DNA of 64,000 nucleotides from an uncultured Nitrospiraceae bacterium (GTDB lineage: Bacteria > Nitrospirota > Nitrospiria > Nitrospirales > Nitrospiraceae). The translations under genes and the position numbers were made by a program. Positions 48,627-58,186 of this stretch are shown in pieces. The stretch is from the NCBI GenBank assembly GCA_963846575.1, contig CAWJWJ010000002.1, forward strand, positions 800,001 through 864,000, read 5' to 3'. Position 1 is the stretch's first letter. Every line of letters begins with the position of its first letter. The notes under the pieces were generated by a model. The model was given only the letters and a program-made list of their open reading frames with translations. It had not been told where the DNA came from and ran no database searches.

Positions 48627-49922
48627 CTACTGAGCCGGAGGCATGGCCTTGCTGGTCACGACCGACTTCACGATCTTGGCCCGTTTGACGGATTCCAGGA
48701 AACGGTCCGGTGGTTCCGGCTTCGGCAAGTTGACTTCGACAGAGTACCAGCCCGACTTCATCGGACCTTTTTTGATCCCGTTCAGTTCCTGAACCAGTTC
48801 CTCGATGCTTTTCTCTGTGGTGCCGTCCTCAAAGGCGACCCAAAACATGAAGGCTTGACGGTCCGCCTCGCGAAGTCCGTCTGCAACAGTGGTCGGAACG
48901 GCCGTTTCCTTTGCGGTGTCGGTTTTGGCCAACACCGTGGGCTTGGGTGCGGCATTGGCTTTGGCCACTTCCAGGGAGGTGAGAGCAAGCCGGGCATGTA
49001 ACTCCCGATTGCGGCTTTCCAGGAGCGCGACTTGTTTGATCAAGGTTTCATTGACGGATTTGATCGATTGCAGATCCTGGCGCACTAATTCCCGGTCGGC
49101 TTCGACCGCGCTCACCGCGACCCGCATGCCGTTCTGCACTTCCTGCGCAACATCGCTCTTGACGGCGTAGAGGTCTTCCTTTACGGCGGCGACTTGGCTG
49201 TTGAGAGTCTGCTGGGTGTGGGTCACGCTATCGACCAGGTTGTTCAATTGCGCAATACGTTCCTGTTCGGACCGAGAAACAGCCAGCGCTACGGCCTGTG
49301 CGTCAATCAACTGCGCCAGTTGCTGGTGTACACGATCGATCTGCTCTTGCGTAGACTGCCGGGCTGCCATTTCTTCTTCGATCTGATGCGCCCGGTCATC
49401 TGATGCCAGCCACCCCGGTATCCGCTCAGCCAGCAATGCCACCACCCCCAGGGCCAGCACGACTTGGGCAAAGGCGGTCGTCATGGTCCAGACGGACGTG
49501 ACCCGCGGAGCCAGCTTGGATGACCCGGAGGGCATGCCGATCGCGGCCACCACATGAGACCACCAGCTGGGGGCTGTCTCGTACCGTACCTGGAGTGAGC
49601 CGCCATCGAAATGGTTGTAGATCTGAATGGTCGCGGTTCCCTTGCCGAGAGGAAGGCGCACATCCTTGTGGCCGGCCTCAGGCGCGACACAGCCGCCGAT
49701 CAAGACTCCGGACTCGCCGCGAATTTCGAGATGTTGAATGCTCCGCTCGCGGGCGGTGAAGGCAAAGGAGGGATTGGCCTGCGCGCAATCCAATGTCCCG
49801 ACGCGTTCATGATTGACGAGGACCTGGAGCAGGCCCGGACGTTCGGCAGCCGCCCGGCGCGGCTGGTCATCCAGAGCGTCAAGCAGATGTTCGCGATAGT
49901 CGTTGAGCTCTGGGACTTCCAT
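48627..49922 (-). CDS. Single-TM coiled-coil protein with anti-sigma-like C-terminal ferredoxin-fold domain
   Basis: GAGGAGG RBS; TM AFAQVVLALGVVALLA; long heptad region; VAFEDGTTEKSIEELVQ...GPMKSGWYSV. Confidence 0.7.
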   Translation of the reverse strand: MEVPELNDYREHLLDALDDQPRRAAAERPGLLQVLVNHERVGTLDCAQANPSFAFTARERSIQHLEIRGESGVLIGGCVAPEAGHKDVRLPLGKGTATIQIYNHFDGGSLQVRYETAPSWWSHVVAAIGMPSGSSKLAPRVTSVWTMTTAFAQVVLALGVVALLAERIPGWLASDDRAHQIEEEMAARQSTQEQIDRVHQQLAQLIDAQAVALAVSRSEQERIAQLNNLVDSVTHTQQTLNSQVAAVKEDLYAVKSDVAQEVQNGMRVAVSAVEADRELVRQDLQSIKSVNETLIKQVALLESRNRELHARLALTSLEVAKANAAPKPTVLAKTDTAKETAVPTTVADGLREADRQAFMFWVAFEDGTTEKSIEELVQELNGIKKGPMKSGWYSVEVNLPKPEPPDRFLESVKRAKIVKSVVTSKAMPPAQ

Positions 49923-50841
49923 GGTGCCGTCCTCCTCGATCCCCTCCAAAGAGAGCCAATACGCCGCCCTTTTTCAGCGGATGGATATGGAGATTGACTT
50001 GCGGTTTCCACCCGCTGGTGACCTCGCTTTGCCGGCGATCTGCGACTTCCATGAAGCAATCGCGACAAAAGGCCAAATGCCAGACGCGGTAATCGTGGCC
50101 GTAGTCATCGTGAAATAATTGGCCCCACTTCTGTTCGGAGAGGCAGGGATAATGTTCCGGTTCGCTCTTTCGATAATGTGATTGCAGAATCGGCATCAAG
50201 CGGTCGACTTCGTGATTGAGGCGGTCAGGTCTGCTCCGCAATTCCTGCTCCAACACCTCTATTTCCGACCCGCTCAGCCCGGTTTCATTCATTGTTCGCT
50301 GCCACCCTGTCTGGCGCCAACGTTCGAAATTTTTATAGACCCTCTGGCTTTCGGCCTGGCCGAACCCCAGCAGCTTCACCACATGAGCCTGACTGAAGCC
50401 ATAAAAGTGATAGAACAGAGCGATCAGGGCGTCGCGGCTGACGACGGCGCGTGATGCCAATCCATCGAGAAACCGTCCCACCGGGGTCAGCAGCTCCTTA
50501 TGATAACAGAGCGGATCAGGCTGACTGAACGATTTGGCAATCAAGCTATCTAATAGAAAAAACGGTCGGCAGGGAACCTCCGTTCGACCGAAGACCACAA
50601 ACCGTTCGACCAACTCGTATCCCCATCGAAGAGCGAGCTTTTCGTGGGTGATATCGTCGCCCCATTGATTTGTCTCACGAAGAAACCGTTTGGTTTGACC
50701 TGTCGCCCGGTCCAATAATTCCGGCAAAGACTTGGTGACCAGTTCATCGAACTCGCGTTCGGTGGTCACGACATTGTTCAGTCGCGCGGAGAAAATCTGA
50801 CCGTCCCGCATAGTCTTTCCGTCCGGTAATCTTGACGACAT
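49879..50841 (-). CDS. Divergent ECF sigma-like protein with C-terminal zinc anti-sigma (HxxxCxxC) motif
   Basis: EFDELVTKSLPELL (region 2-like); ALFYHFYGFSQAHVVKLLG (region 4-like); PCLSE...WHLAFCRDC. Confidence 0.55.
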   Translation of the reverse strand: MSSRLPDGKTMRDGQIFSARLNNVVTTEREFDELVTKSLPELLDRATGQTKRFLRETNQWGDDITHEKLALRWGYELVERFVVFGRTEVPCRPFFLLDSLIAKSFSQPDPLCYHKELLTPVGRFLDGLASRAVVSRDALIALFYHFYGFSQAHVVKLLGFGQAESQRVYKNFERWRQTGWQRTMNETGLSGSEIEVLEQELRSRPDRLNHEVDRLMPILQSHYRKSEPEHYPCLSEQKWGQLFHDDYGHDYRVWHLAFCRDCFMEVADRRQSEVTSGWKPQVNLHIHPLKKGGVLALFGGDRGGRHHGSPRAQRLSRTSA

Positions 50842-51035
50842 AATGGCCAGGTCCTCAGGAAATTACAATTCGACAAGTGCGTCTGTAAGAAGACCATATT
50901 TGTCCATGAACGGTCAATGGGTTGGGAGATCGCCATGGTATGGCTGCCGGCACATGGAATCAGCCGTTTCTGTTGGAATAGGCAGCCGTGGCTTTCCTTG
51001 ATGAGCAAGTGGCTGAACCGGTGGCCGGCAGTGCA

Positions 51036-52688
51036 CTACGGTCGATCGGTGGAAAGGCGTTTGGCCAGCCGTCGAGCCAATCGCATCATGGCCGGTGAGC
51101 GGTCGGCTGGATCGAGCATCACATTGATGACATAGGGTTGACTCGTGTCTCCGAGGGCCTTGGCCAGGGCCTGCACGAATTCCCCGTGCGTGGCTACCCG
51201 CGAGCCCTGTCCGCCGCCAATCAGCTCGCAGATCCGTTCGTAGTGCCATTCATGGATATCATTAAAAGGGCCTTCTAAAATTTCTCGCTCGGTCGAGTAC
51301 CCGCGGTTGTTCAGCACGATCACCACGGGGGCCTGTCCATAACGCACCGCGGTCGATAATTCCGACCCCGTCATCTGGAACGCGCCATCACCCACGAGCA
51401 CGATCGGTCGGAGCGAGGGATCGGCAAAGCCGGCTCCGATGGCTGCTGGGACGGCAAACCCCATCGATGTGTAGTAGGCGGGCGACAGAAACTCGAAGCG
51501 GCGGTGGACGTGGAGGTCGACGGATGCGAACAGCGATTCTCCCACGTCGGCGATGACCAGAGTCTGTTCGTCCAGGACGGTATCAAGATGCCGGAACACG
51601 CCTTGGAGCGTGACGGAGGCCTCAGCCGGCGGCAGTGGTTCATCGAATTGTTGGGCCGATGGTAATGTAGGGGCCGGAAACGAGGGGAGATGCGCGCCGG
51701 CCAGTCCCTTCACAAAATCTTCAAACCGGATGGAATCATACTGATGATGTTTAATGGCGATACGATCGGCGGTCGCATGGATCGTGTGCCCGTCTGAGAA
51801 CAAAGCGCTTCGTGCATCCAGGTCTTCCACGTCAGAGAGAATGGAGCCAAGAATGAGCAGGCAATCGGTTTGGTTCACGAACTCTTTTACTTCATCTCGA
51901 GCCACCAGGCCGCTATACACGCCGACATAGAGGGGATGGTCCTCGCGTATGATCGATTTTCCCAGGAGAGTCGAGGCAATGGGCACGTTGAGGCGTTCCA
52001 CAAGCCGGGTCAGTTCGTTATGGAGACCGAAGCGTCCCACCTCGGCGCCGGCTAAAATCACCGGTCGCTTGGCCGACTCCAGCATCGTCCGCACCTCAGC
52101 CAGGGCCTCATCCAGGGCCGCAGGGTCAGTCCGCTCATCCTGGGTCGCGGTGGCTTGCGAGCTTCCGGCAAGCCGCACATGCACCATGTCGCGGGGGATC
52201 TCCAAATAAATCGGCCGTCGATAACGTAGCAACGCTGCGAAGGCGCGGTCCATCTCCCGCTGCGCGGTCACAGGGTCCTCCAAACTCACCGCAGCCACCG
52301 TCATTTTTTCAAAAACCTCCCGCTGGGTCGAAAATTCCCGCACCATGTGGTGCAGGTACGGGTTGCGTGCTCGTTCCGACAGCCCCGGCGAGCCTGTGAG
52401 GAGCACGACGGGCGATCGTTCAGCATAGGCGCAGGCGATGGCGTTGACCGTATTCAGTCCTCCGACACAGTAGGTCACGCAGAGGGCGCCGATCCCGTTG
52501 ATGCGCGCATAGGCGTCGGCGGCAAAGCCCGCGCAATCCTCCCGGGTCGTGCCAACATGTTGAATGGGAGAGGCCTCCAATAATTTATACAAGCCCAGCA
52601 CATAGTCGCCGGGGATTCCGAACATGTGGCGCACGCCGAGCTGATGGAGTCGATGTAACACTGCGGTCCCGATAGTCTGCTTGGTCAT
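51036..52688 (-). CDS. TPP-dependent alpha-keto acid (indolepyruvate/pyruvate-type) decarboxylase
   Basis: FGIPGDY, ADAYARINGIG, AYAERSPV, LHH, GDGAFQMT...NNRGY. Confidence 0.93.
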   Translation of the reverse strand: MTKQTIGTAVLHRLHQLGVRHMFGIPGDYVLGLYKLLEASPIQHVGTTREDCAGFAADAYARINGIGALCVTYCVGGLNTVNAIACAYAERSPVVLLTGSPGLSERARNPYLHHMVREFSTQREVFEKMTVAAVSLEDPVTAQREMDRAFAALLRYRRPIYLEIPRDMVHVRLAGSSQATATQDERTDPAALDEALAEVRTMLESAKRPVILAGAEVGRFGLHNELTRLVERLNVPIASTLLGKSIIREDHPLYVGVYSGLVARDEVKEFVNQTDCLLILGSILSDVEDLDARSALFSDGHTIHATADRIAIKHHQYDSIRFEDFVKGLAGAHLPSFPAPTLPSAQQFDEPLPPAEASVTLQGVFRHLDTVLDEQTLVIADVGESLFASVDLHVHRRFEFLSPAYYTSMGFAVPAAIGAGFADPSLRPIVLVGDGAFQMTGSELSTAVRYGQAPVVIVLNNRGYSTEREILEGPFNDIHEWHYERICELIGGGQGSRVATHGEFVQALAKALGDTSQPYVINVMLDPADRSPAMMRLARRLAKRLSTDRP

Positions 52689-52902
52689 TGCGCCTCGCCT
52701 GGTGAAAGAGCGGTGATTGAGCGGCCGATAATCCGACTGTCTGCCGCAGCAAACCATAGGCGCCAGGGAAGGTCAAGCAGGGAGCCATCCTCCTGCCCGT
52801 ATCGGCACTGGTTGCTTCGCGGACTAATTTCAGGCACCCTCGTGAGCCATCCGCCAAATCCTACGCCGCGGAGATCGACACGCGCATGCAACACCGACGA
52901 CC

Positions 52903-54099
52903 ATGACAGAGATCCCCGCAACCCCCACTGCCAAGATTCGTCTCAGGCCTGAGCGTGAACGGCCACCGTATTATGGCCACCTTTGGGTGTTCGACGGCCA
53001 CGTCGCCGAAGTGCTGGGGAGTCCCGGCGCCGGAGACGTCGTGGATGTTTATACGCATCAGAAGCGTTTTTTCGGTCGTGGCTTCTACAATCCGCATTCC
53101 AAAATTCGGGTTCGCCTCTTGAGCTTTCATGACGAACCGATCGACGAGACTTTTTTCGCTTCACGGCTTCGAGCCGCATCGGCGCTACGGCAGATTGTGG
53201 CCGGCCATACCAATGCCTGTCGTCTCGTGCATGGTGAAAGCGATCTCCTGCCAGGGCTCGTGATCGACCGGTTTGATGACGTTGCGGTCATGCAGACGCT
53301 GAGCTACGGCATGGACATCCGCAAAGAAATGTTAGCCGGGTTGCTCCTGCAGGAAGGTGGCGTGCGCACCGTTTATTTGCGCAATGATGGGAAGAGCAGG
53401 ACATTGGAGGGCCTGCCCCTGTCAAAAGGATTTCTCCGTGGGAATGACAAGACAACGGTAGAGATTCACGAGGGGAAGGCCCGATTCACGGTCGACTTCG
53501 CGGAGGGCCAGAAAACCGGGTGGTTTTGCGATCAGCGCGAGAACCGATTGGCGGCGTCCGTCTTCGCCCAGGGGAAAACGGTGTTGGAAGCCTTTTGTCA
53601 CACGGGCGCGTTTGGTATTCAGGCGGCGCTAGCCGGCGCGCAATCAGTCGAAGGCCTGGACGTGAGTGCGACGGCCGTTGGATCGGCCCAGGCCCATGCG
53701 GTGGACAATGAGGTCGGCTCACGTTGTCGGTATCGTCAGGCCGATGCGTTTGAGGAATTGCGCGCGATCGAGCAGACCGCGCAACGGTATGACGTGGTCA
53801 TTCTCGATCCGCCGGCGTTCGCCCGCAGCAAAAAGGCCGTGCCCCACGCATTGGCCGGTTATAAAGAAGTGAACCTGCGCGGACTTCGCCTGCTACAGGC
53901 CGGCGGAGTGCTGGTCACCTGTTCCTGTTCGCAACCCATCGGTACCCAGGATTTCTGGATGATGCTGCAGGCTGCGGCTCGCGATGCCCGACGGCACATT
54001 CGCCTGCTCGAACAGCGCGGGCAAGGGCCGGACCATCCCGTGCTCGCCGGGATGCCGGAAACACAATATCTCAAATGTTTTATCGTGCAAGTATTCTGA
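52903..54099 (+). CDS. RlmI/RlmK-like class I SAM rRNA methyltransferase
   Basis: PUA-like GHLWVF, ESDLLPGLVIDRF, GQKTGWFCDQRENR, DPPAF, TCSCS. Confidence 0.9.
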   Translation: MTEIPATPTAKIRLRPERERPPYYGHLWVFDGHVAEVLGSPGAGDVVDVYTHQKRFFGRGFYNPHSKIRVRLLSFHDEPIDETFFASRLRAASALRQIVAGHTNACRLVHGESDLLPGLVIDRFDDVAVMQTLSYGMDIRKEMLAGLLLQEGGVRTVYLRNDGKSRTLEGLPLSKGFLRGNDKTTVEIHEGKARFTVDFAEGQKTGWFCDQRENRLAASVFAQGKTVLEAFCHTGAFGIQAALAGAQSVEGLDVSATAVGSAQAHAVDNEVGSRCRYRQADAFEELRAIEQTAQRYDVVILDPPAFARSKKAVPHALAGYKEVNLRGLRLLQAGGVLVTCSCSQPIGTQDFWMMLQAAARDARRHIRLLEQRGQGPDHPVLAGMPETQYLKCFIVQVF

Positions 54100-54106
54100 G
54101 TGCCAC

Positions 54107-56116
54107 ATGTCCGATCACGATGCTTCCCCGGAGAACGTCGATCAGCCTGTCGTCCCCGCCTCAACCACGCTTCCTGAAATCACCGTCAAAGCCGTGGTAC
54201 TGTCGATTGTCCTCTCCGCCGTCCTAGCCGGGGCCAATGCATACCTGGGTCTGTTTGCCGGCATGACCGTTTCCGCGTCGATTCCCGCCGCCGTCCTATC
54301 TATGGCGGTTCTGCGGCTGTTCCGTGAGTCGAATATTTTAGAAAACAACATTGTCCAAACTGCTGCGTCCTCGGGTGAGGCGCTGGCGGCCGGGGTGATT
54401 TTCACCATTCCCGGTTTAGTCCTGATCGGGTATTGGGCGGCATTCGACTATTGGCAAACGTTCGCCGTGGCGCTTGTCGGTGGAATACTCGGCGTGTTGT
54501 TTACCATTCCACTTCGCCGGGCTTTGATCATCCACGCGCGGCTGCGTTTTCCGGAAGGGGTGGCCACGGCGGAAGTTCTCAAAGTCGGAGCCTCGTCGAG
54601 TGCCGATGCGGCCGGCAGCGTCCGGATGTTGCTGGGAGCGGCTGCCGCGGGCGCCTGCGTTAAGTTTGCCGAAGGCGGCTTGAAACTCTGGAGCGAGTCG
54701 CTCGAAGGGGTGGTTCAATTCGGGCGAGCCACACTGTACGGTGGGCTCAACCTGTCACCGGCGCTTCTAGCCGTCGGATACATCATCGGCCTCAACACTG
54801 CCGTGGTGGTGTTTCTCGGCGGGGCGCTCAGCTGGCTGGTCTTGCTGCCGCTCTTTCAACTCTTCGTCGGTCAGCCCGGCGCGCTGACTGGTCTGGCGGC
54901 AGCTAAAACCACATGGAGCGGGCAGATTCGCTATATCGGTATAGGCGCGATGCTGGTCGGAGGAATGTGGACTCTGGTTCAAATCCGCGGTCCCATTCTC
55001 CAAAGCTTGCGTCAAATCACGGCGCTGTATGGAATTCATCGCCAGCGGCAGGCGCCTGGGACCGTCCCACGTACCGAACGTGATGCCTCCCTCGTCTGGT
55101 TAGTTGGACTAACAGTTATCTCGCTGGTCCTCATGGTCCTGCTGTATCAACACTTGCTCGGTCACCATTTCTGGGGCGGAATCGGATTGACCCTCTTGAT
55201 GGCCGTCACGGCATTCCTGTTTTCTTCCGTGGCGGGCTACATGGCAGGGCTAGTAGGAAGTTCGAGCAATCCTGTTTCGGGTGTGACAATTGCGACTATC
55301 ATGCTCGCCTCGCTGCTTTTATTGGGAATATTGGGGCGGGATAGTTCTATCGGACCAGCGGCAGCATTGCTGGTGGGGGCTGTGGTCTGCTGCGCTGCGG
55401 CCATGGGAGGCGACAACCTTCAGGATTTGAAAACGGGCCATCTCGTCGGGGCCACACCCTGGAAGCAGCAGGTCATGCAGATTATCGGCGTGGCGACCGG
55501 TGCCGTTGTCATCGTGCCGGTTCTAACCATATTGCAGGCGAAGTACGGAATTGGCGATGCCACAGATGCCCATCCCCATCCGCTCCTAGCCCCGCAGGCC
55601 ACCCTGATGGCGAATCTTGCTCGAGGGGTGTTCGGTGGATCTCTGCCTTGGCACCTGGTTGGAGTCGGCATTCTGGTAGGAATGGTTGTGATTGGGATCG
55701 ATGTGCGACAGGCGGGGCGGAAGTCGGGCTTCCGCCTGCCCGTTCTGGCGGTTGCGCTCGGCATGTATCTGCCGCTGAAGCTATCGGCGACAATTCTGGT
55801 CGGTGGACTGCTGGCGCAGTACGTACGAACCGGTCAGACATCTTCAGGCACTCCTGCCGACGACCGAGGCCTATTGTTCGCCGCCGGGCTGGTAACCGGT
55901 GAAGCACTGGTCGGAATTCTCCTGGCCCTGCCAATCGCGTTCGGCTCTTTCGGCTTCCCTCTTTCCGCAGAGCCGTTCGAGGTCTTTGCCGATCCACCGT
56001 TTGGAGGCTGGCCCGGACTAGGTTGTCTGGGATTTGTGGGACTTGTGCTGGTGCGGGCTAGTCGGACGCTGGTCTCCTCAGAGGAGAGGGAATTGCCGGC
56101 CGGCCATGGTAGATGA
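54107..56116 (+). CDS. OPT family oligopeptide transporter
   Basis: NAYLGLFAGMTVSASIPAAV, ENNIVQT, FPEGVATA, QDLKTGHLVGATPWKQQ, APQA. Confidence 0.95.
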   Translation: MSDHDASPENVDQPVVPASTTLPEITVKAVVLSIVLSAVLAGANAYLGLFAGMTVSASIPAAVLSMAVLRLFRESNILENNIVQTAASSGEALAAGVIFTIPGLVLIGYWAAFDYWQTFAVALVGGILGVLFTIPLRRALIIHARLRFPEGVATAEVLKVGASSSADAAGSVRMLLGAAAAGACVKFAEGGLKLWSESLEGVVQFGRATLYGGLNLSPALLAVGYIIGLNTAVVVFLGGALSWLVLLPLFQLFVGQPGALTGLAAAKTTWSGQIRYIGIGAMLVGGMWTLVQIRGPILQSLRQITALYGIHRQRQAPGTVPRTERDASLVWLVGLTVISLVLMVLLYQHLLGHHFWGGIGLTLLMAVTAFLFSSVAGYMAGLVGSSSNPVSGVTIATIMLASLLLLGILGRDSSIGPAAALLVGAVVCCAAAMGGDNLQDLKTGHLVGATPWKQQVMQIIGVATGAVVIVPVLTILQAKYGIGDATDAHPHPLLAPQATLMANLARGVFGGSLPWHLVGVGILVGMVVIGIDVRQAGRKSGFRLPVLAVALGMYLPLKLSATILVGGLLAQYVRTGQTSSGTPADDRGLLFAAGLVTGEALVGILLALPIAFGSFGFPLSAEPFEVFADPPFGGWPGLGCLGFVGLVLVRASRTLVSSEERELPAGHGR

Positions 56117-56150
56117 TTATTCTGACGGCGTGAGGCTTGTCGTGACGCTG

Positions 56151-56621
56151 TCAATCACTGGGCGGTTCGAAATGCCCCGGTGGACGTGACTGCCAGGGCA
56201 CCGTCGCTTGTTTTGACTGCTTCACCAGACTTCGCAGACTCACTTCTGCCGCTCGTAACAGCTTGGGATCTCCGCTTTGGATGAGTGCGGTTAGCAGCAC
56301 GTACAAGGATCGATCATGCCCTGACGCCAGAAGAATTCTCTCAAGTACCGGATCGGCTCCCGTCAGGTTGGAGAGTGCTGGTTGATCCTCATCGTCGTCT
56401 TTACAGACAAGATCAAATTCCGACGGATAGCTGAACAGCCAGGGGAGGGGAATTTTAAGCGCGGTGGCTAATGCTTCCAATATCGATATGCTCGGATCCG
56501 ACGCTTCTGTTTCCAGATCCTGGAGCAGGGGGGCGGTAATTCCGGCCCGTTCGGCGAGGGCATTCTCGGAACACTTTTGCGATTGTCGCCATGCTCGAAC
56601 ATATGATCCTATATGCGGCAT
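56151..56621 (-). CDS. XRE-family HTH transcriptional regulator
   Basis: LAERAGIT...LE...SDPSISILEALATAL. Confidence 0.85.
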   Translation of the reverse strand: MPHIGSYVRAWRQSQKCSENALAERAGITAPLLQDLETEASDPSISILEALATALKIPLPWLFSYPSEFDLVCKDDDEDQPALSNLTGADPVLERILLASGHDRSLYVLLTALIQSGDPKLLRAAEVSLRSLVKQSKQATVPWQSRPPGHFEPPSD

Positions 56622-56798
56622 GCCCCGATATTACTGTATCCAATCCCGGGTGTGCAATCACACTGTGCGGAGTGTTCGTGGAATAGTTCACTGGAACATC
56701 AATGGCTTATGCGGCATTATCCTAGGTAGAACAAGGTGCCGAAATCGGGTAGAATAAGGTTCTCTGTTGGATGGACTTGAGGTGAGGAGGATCAGCCA

Positions 56799-57140
56799 AT
56801 GTTAGGAACCGACATTCGCGGCATTATGGCCGAAGAGGAAGAAGTTCAGCGGCGGCAGGAAGCCTTGCAGTCACTGATGTCGATGCGAGAGAGGTTGCTG
56901 CGTGAATCGCTGGAAGCGCGGATCAAGCGCGCCCGTGGAACCGGAGACTGGACCAACTTATCCCAAGCGGAATGCGCCAATATTTACAAAGAAGAACGCG
57001 TCCACCTTCGGGCGCAGCTGGAACGGTTGAAAGCGGAGCGGGACCGCACCCGGGGGAAGTTGTCGGCTCTCAAACGGGCCAAAGTTCGTGCGCAGCGTAT
57101 TCGAGCTGCCGAAGCCGCCGCCGGAAAGAAACGGAAATAA
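56799..57140 (+). CDS. Basic coiled-coil hypothetical protein
   Basis: GAGGAGG RBS; Arg/Glu-rich helical sequence. Confidence 0.75.
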   Translation: MLGTDIRGIMAEEEEVQRRQEALQSLMSMRERLLRESLEARIKRARGTGDWTNLSQAECANIYKEERVHLRAQLERLKAERDRTRGKLSALKRAKVRAQRIRAAEAAAGKKRK

Positions 57141-57152
57141 GCACCTTCTCGA

Positions 57153-57180
57153 GGGGGCCTTGCTGGATAGCAGGGCCTCC
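57153..57180 (+). terminator. GC-rich hairpin after the coiled-coil gene
   Basis: GGGGGCCTTGCT-GGAT-AGCAGGGCCTCC, 12-bp stem with G-U pairs; no U-tract. Confidence 0.4.
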
Positions 57181-57206
57181 CTAGTGTCGCCGACCTTGGG
57201 AAACTG

Positions 57207-58031
57207 TTGACCTTCTCACCCCGCACTATCTCCCGAAACTTTCTCTCCCATATCCGGGACGTCATCAAGACGAAGCGTGCTCGTGATCGGGAGCGGGTCT
57301 TCGTGCTCGAAGGTACAAGACCGATCCTAGAATTATTGCAGTCGGCTCCTCAGCAAGTAGTCTGCCTCATAGTCGCACCCAGTTTTCTGGCTCGGCAATC
57401 GCCGGAAGTCCGGCAGCACATTCTGACTAGCGGTTGTACCCTCCACAGCTGTCCGGAACATACATTGGCACAATTGTCTGAGGTTGAAACGTCCGCCGGT
57501 GTGTTGGCCATTGTTCATCAACCCAGCTGGAATCAAGCCGCAGTGCTTGCGCAAGCGACGGTCTTCGGCTTGTATGGCGACATGCTTCAGGACCCGGCCA
57601 ACATCGGGACGATTATTCGAACCGCAGCGGGACTCAACGTAAGCGCATTGTGGCTGGCGCCCCACTCCGTCGATGTCTTTAATCCGAAAGTGGTGCGGGC
57701 GACCGCTGGAACACTGCTGCAGCTTCCCATATTCCCCCACACCACCCCGGACGCACTTTCCGCACTGAATTGTGCGATTCTTGCGGCCGACTCGGGGGCC
57801 GCTGGCGGGCCTGTTTCCCTCCGGGCGATCCAGACCATTCCGGCCAGGACCATTGTCGCGATTGGTAGTGAAGCTCGAGGACTGTCAGAAGCAATTCTCA
57901 CGGCGGCAAAGCGCCGCTTTACCATTCCTCTAAAGCCGGGAGTCGAATCGCTGAATGCAGCGGCAGCCGCTGCTATCGCACTGTTTCATTTGTCCGGACT
58001 ACCGGTCGAGTCTGACGAGTCCTCGCAATAA
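57207..58031 (+). CDS. TrmH/SpoU family RNA methyltransferase
   Basis: QDPANIGTIIRTA, FNPKVVRATAG, GSEARGLS, VESLNAA. Confidence 0.93.
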   Translation: MTFSPRTISRNFLSHIRDVIKTKRARDRERVFVLEGTRPILELLQSAPQQVVCLIVAPSFLARQSPEVRQHILTSGCTLHSCPEHTLAQLSEVETSAGVLAIVHQPSWNQAAVLAQATVFGLYGDMLQDPANIGTIIRTAAGLNVSALWLAPHSVDVFNPKVVRATAGTLLQLPIFPHTTPDALSALNCAILAADSGAAGGPVSLRAIQTIPARTIVAIGSEARGLSEAILTAAKRRFTIPLKPGVESLNAAAAAAIALFHLSGLPVESDESSQ

Positions 58032-58186
58032 AGCCACGAGGATGTGATCCTGTTCCATCTCTGACCGATCTCAGAAGTAACGAGCGCCTCTGTCCATCTG
58101 AGACTGCCGAGCGTCCTTCCTTTTTGTCTCTCGTTTCCTTTACGATGCGCGTGGATAGGCTTCCGGGGCAAACGAGGCGAGGGGAG

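Noticed and set aside
52689..52902. Possible TPP riboswitch before the decarboxylase
   Set aside because: No CTGAGA / ACCTGA...GTAGGGA core in the correct order
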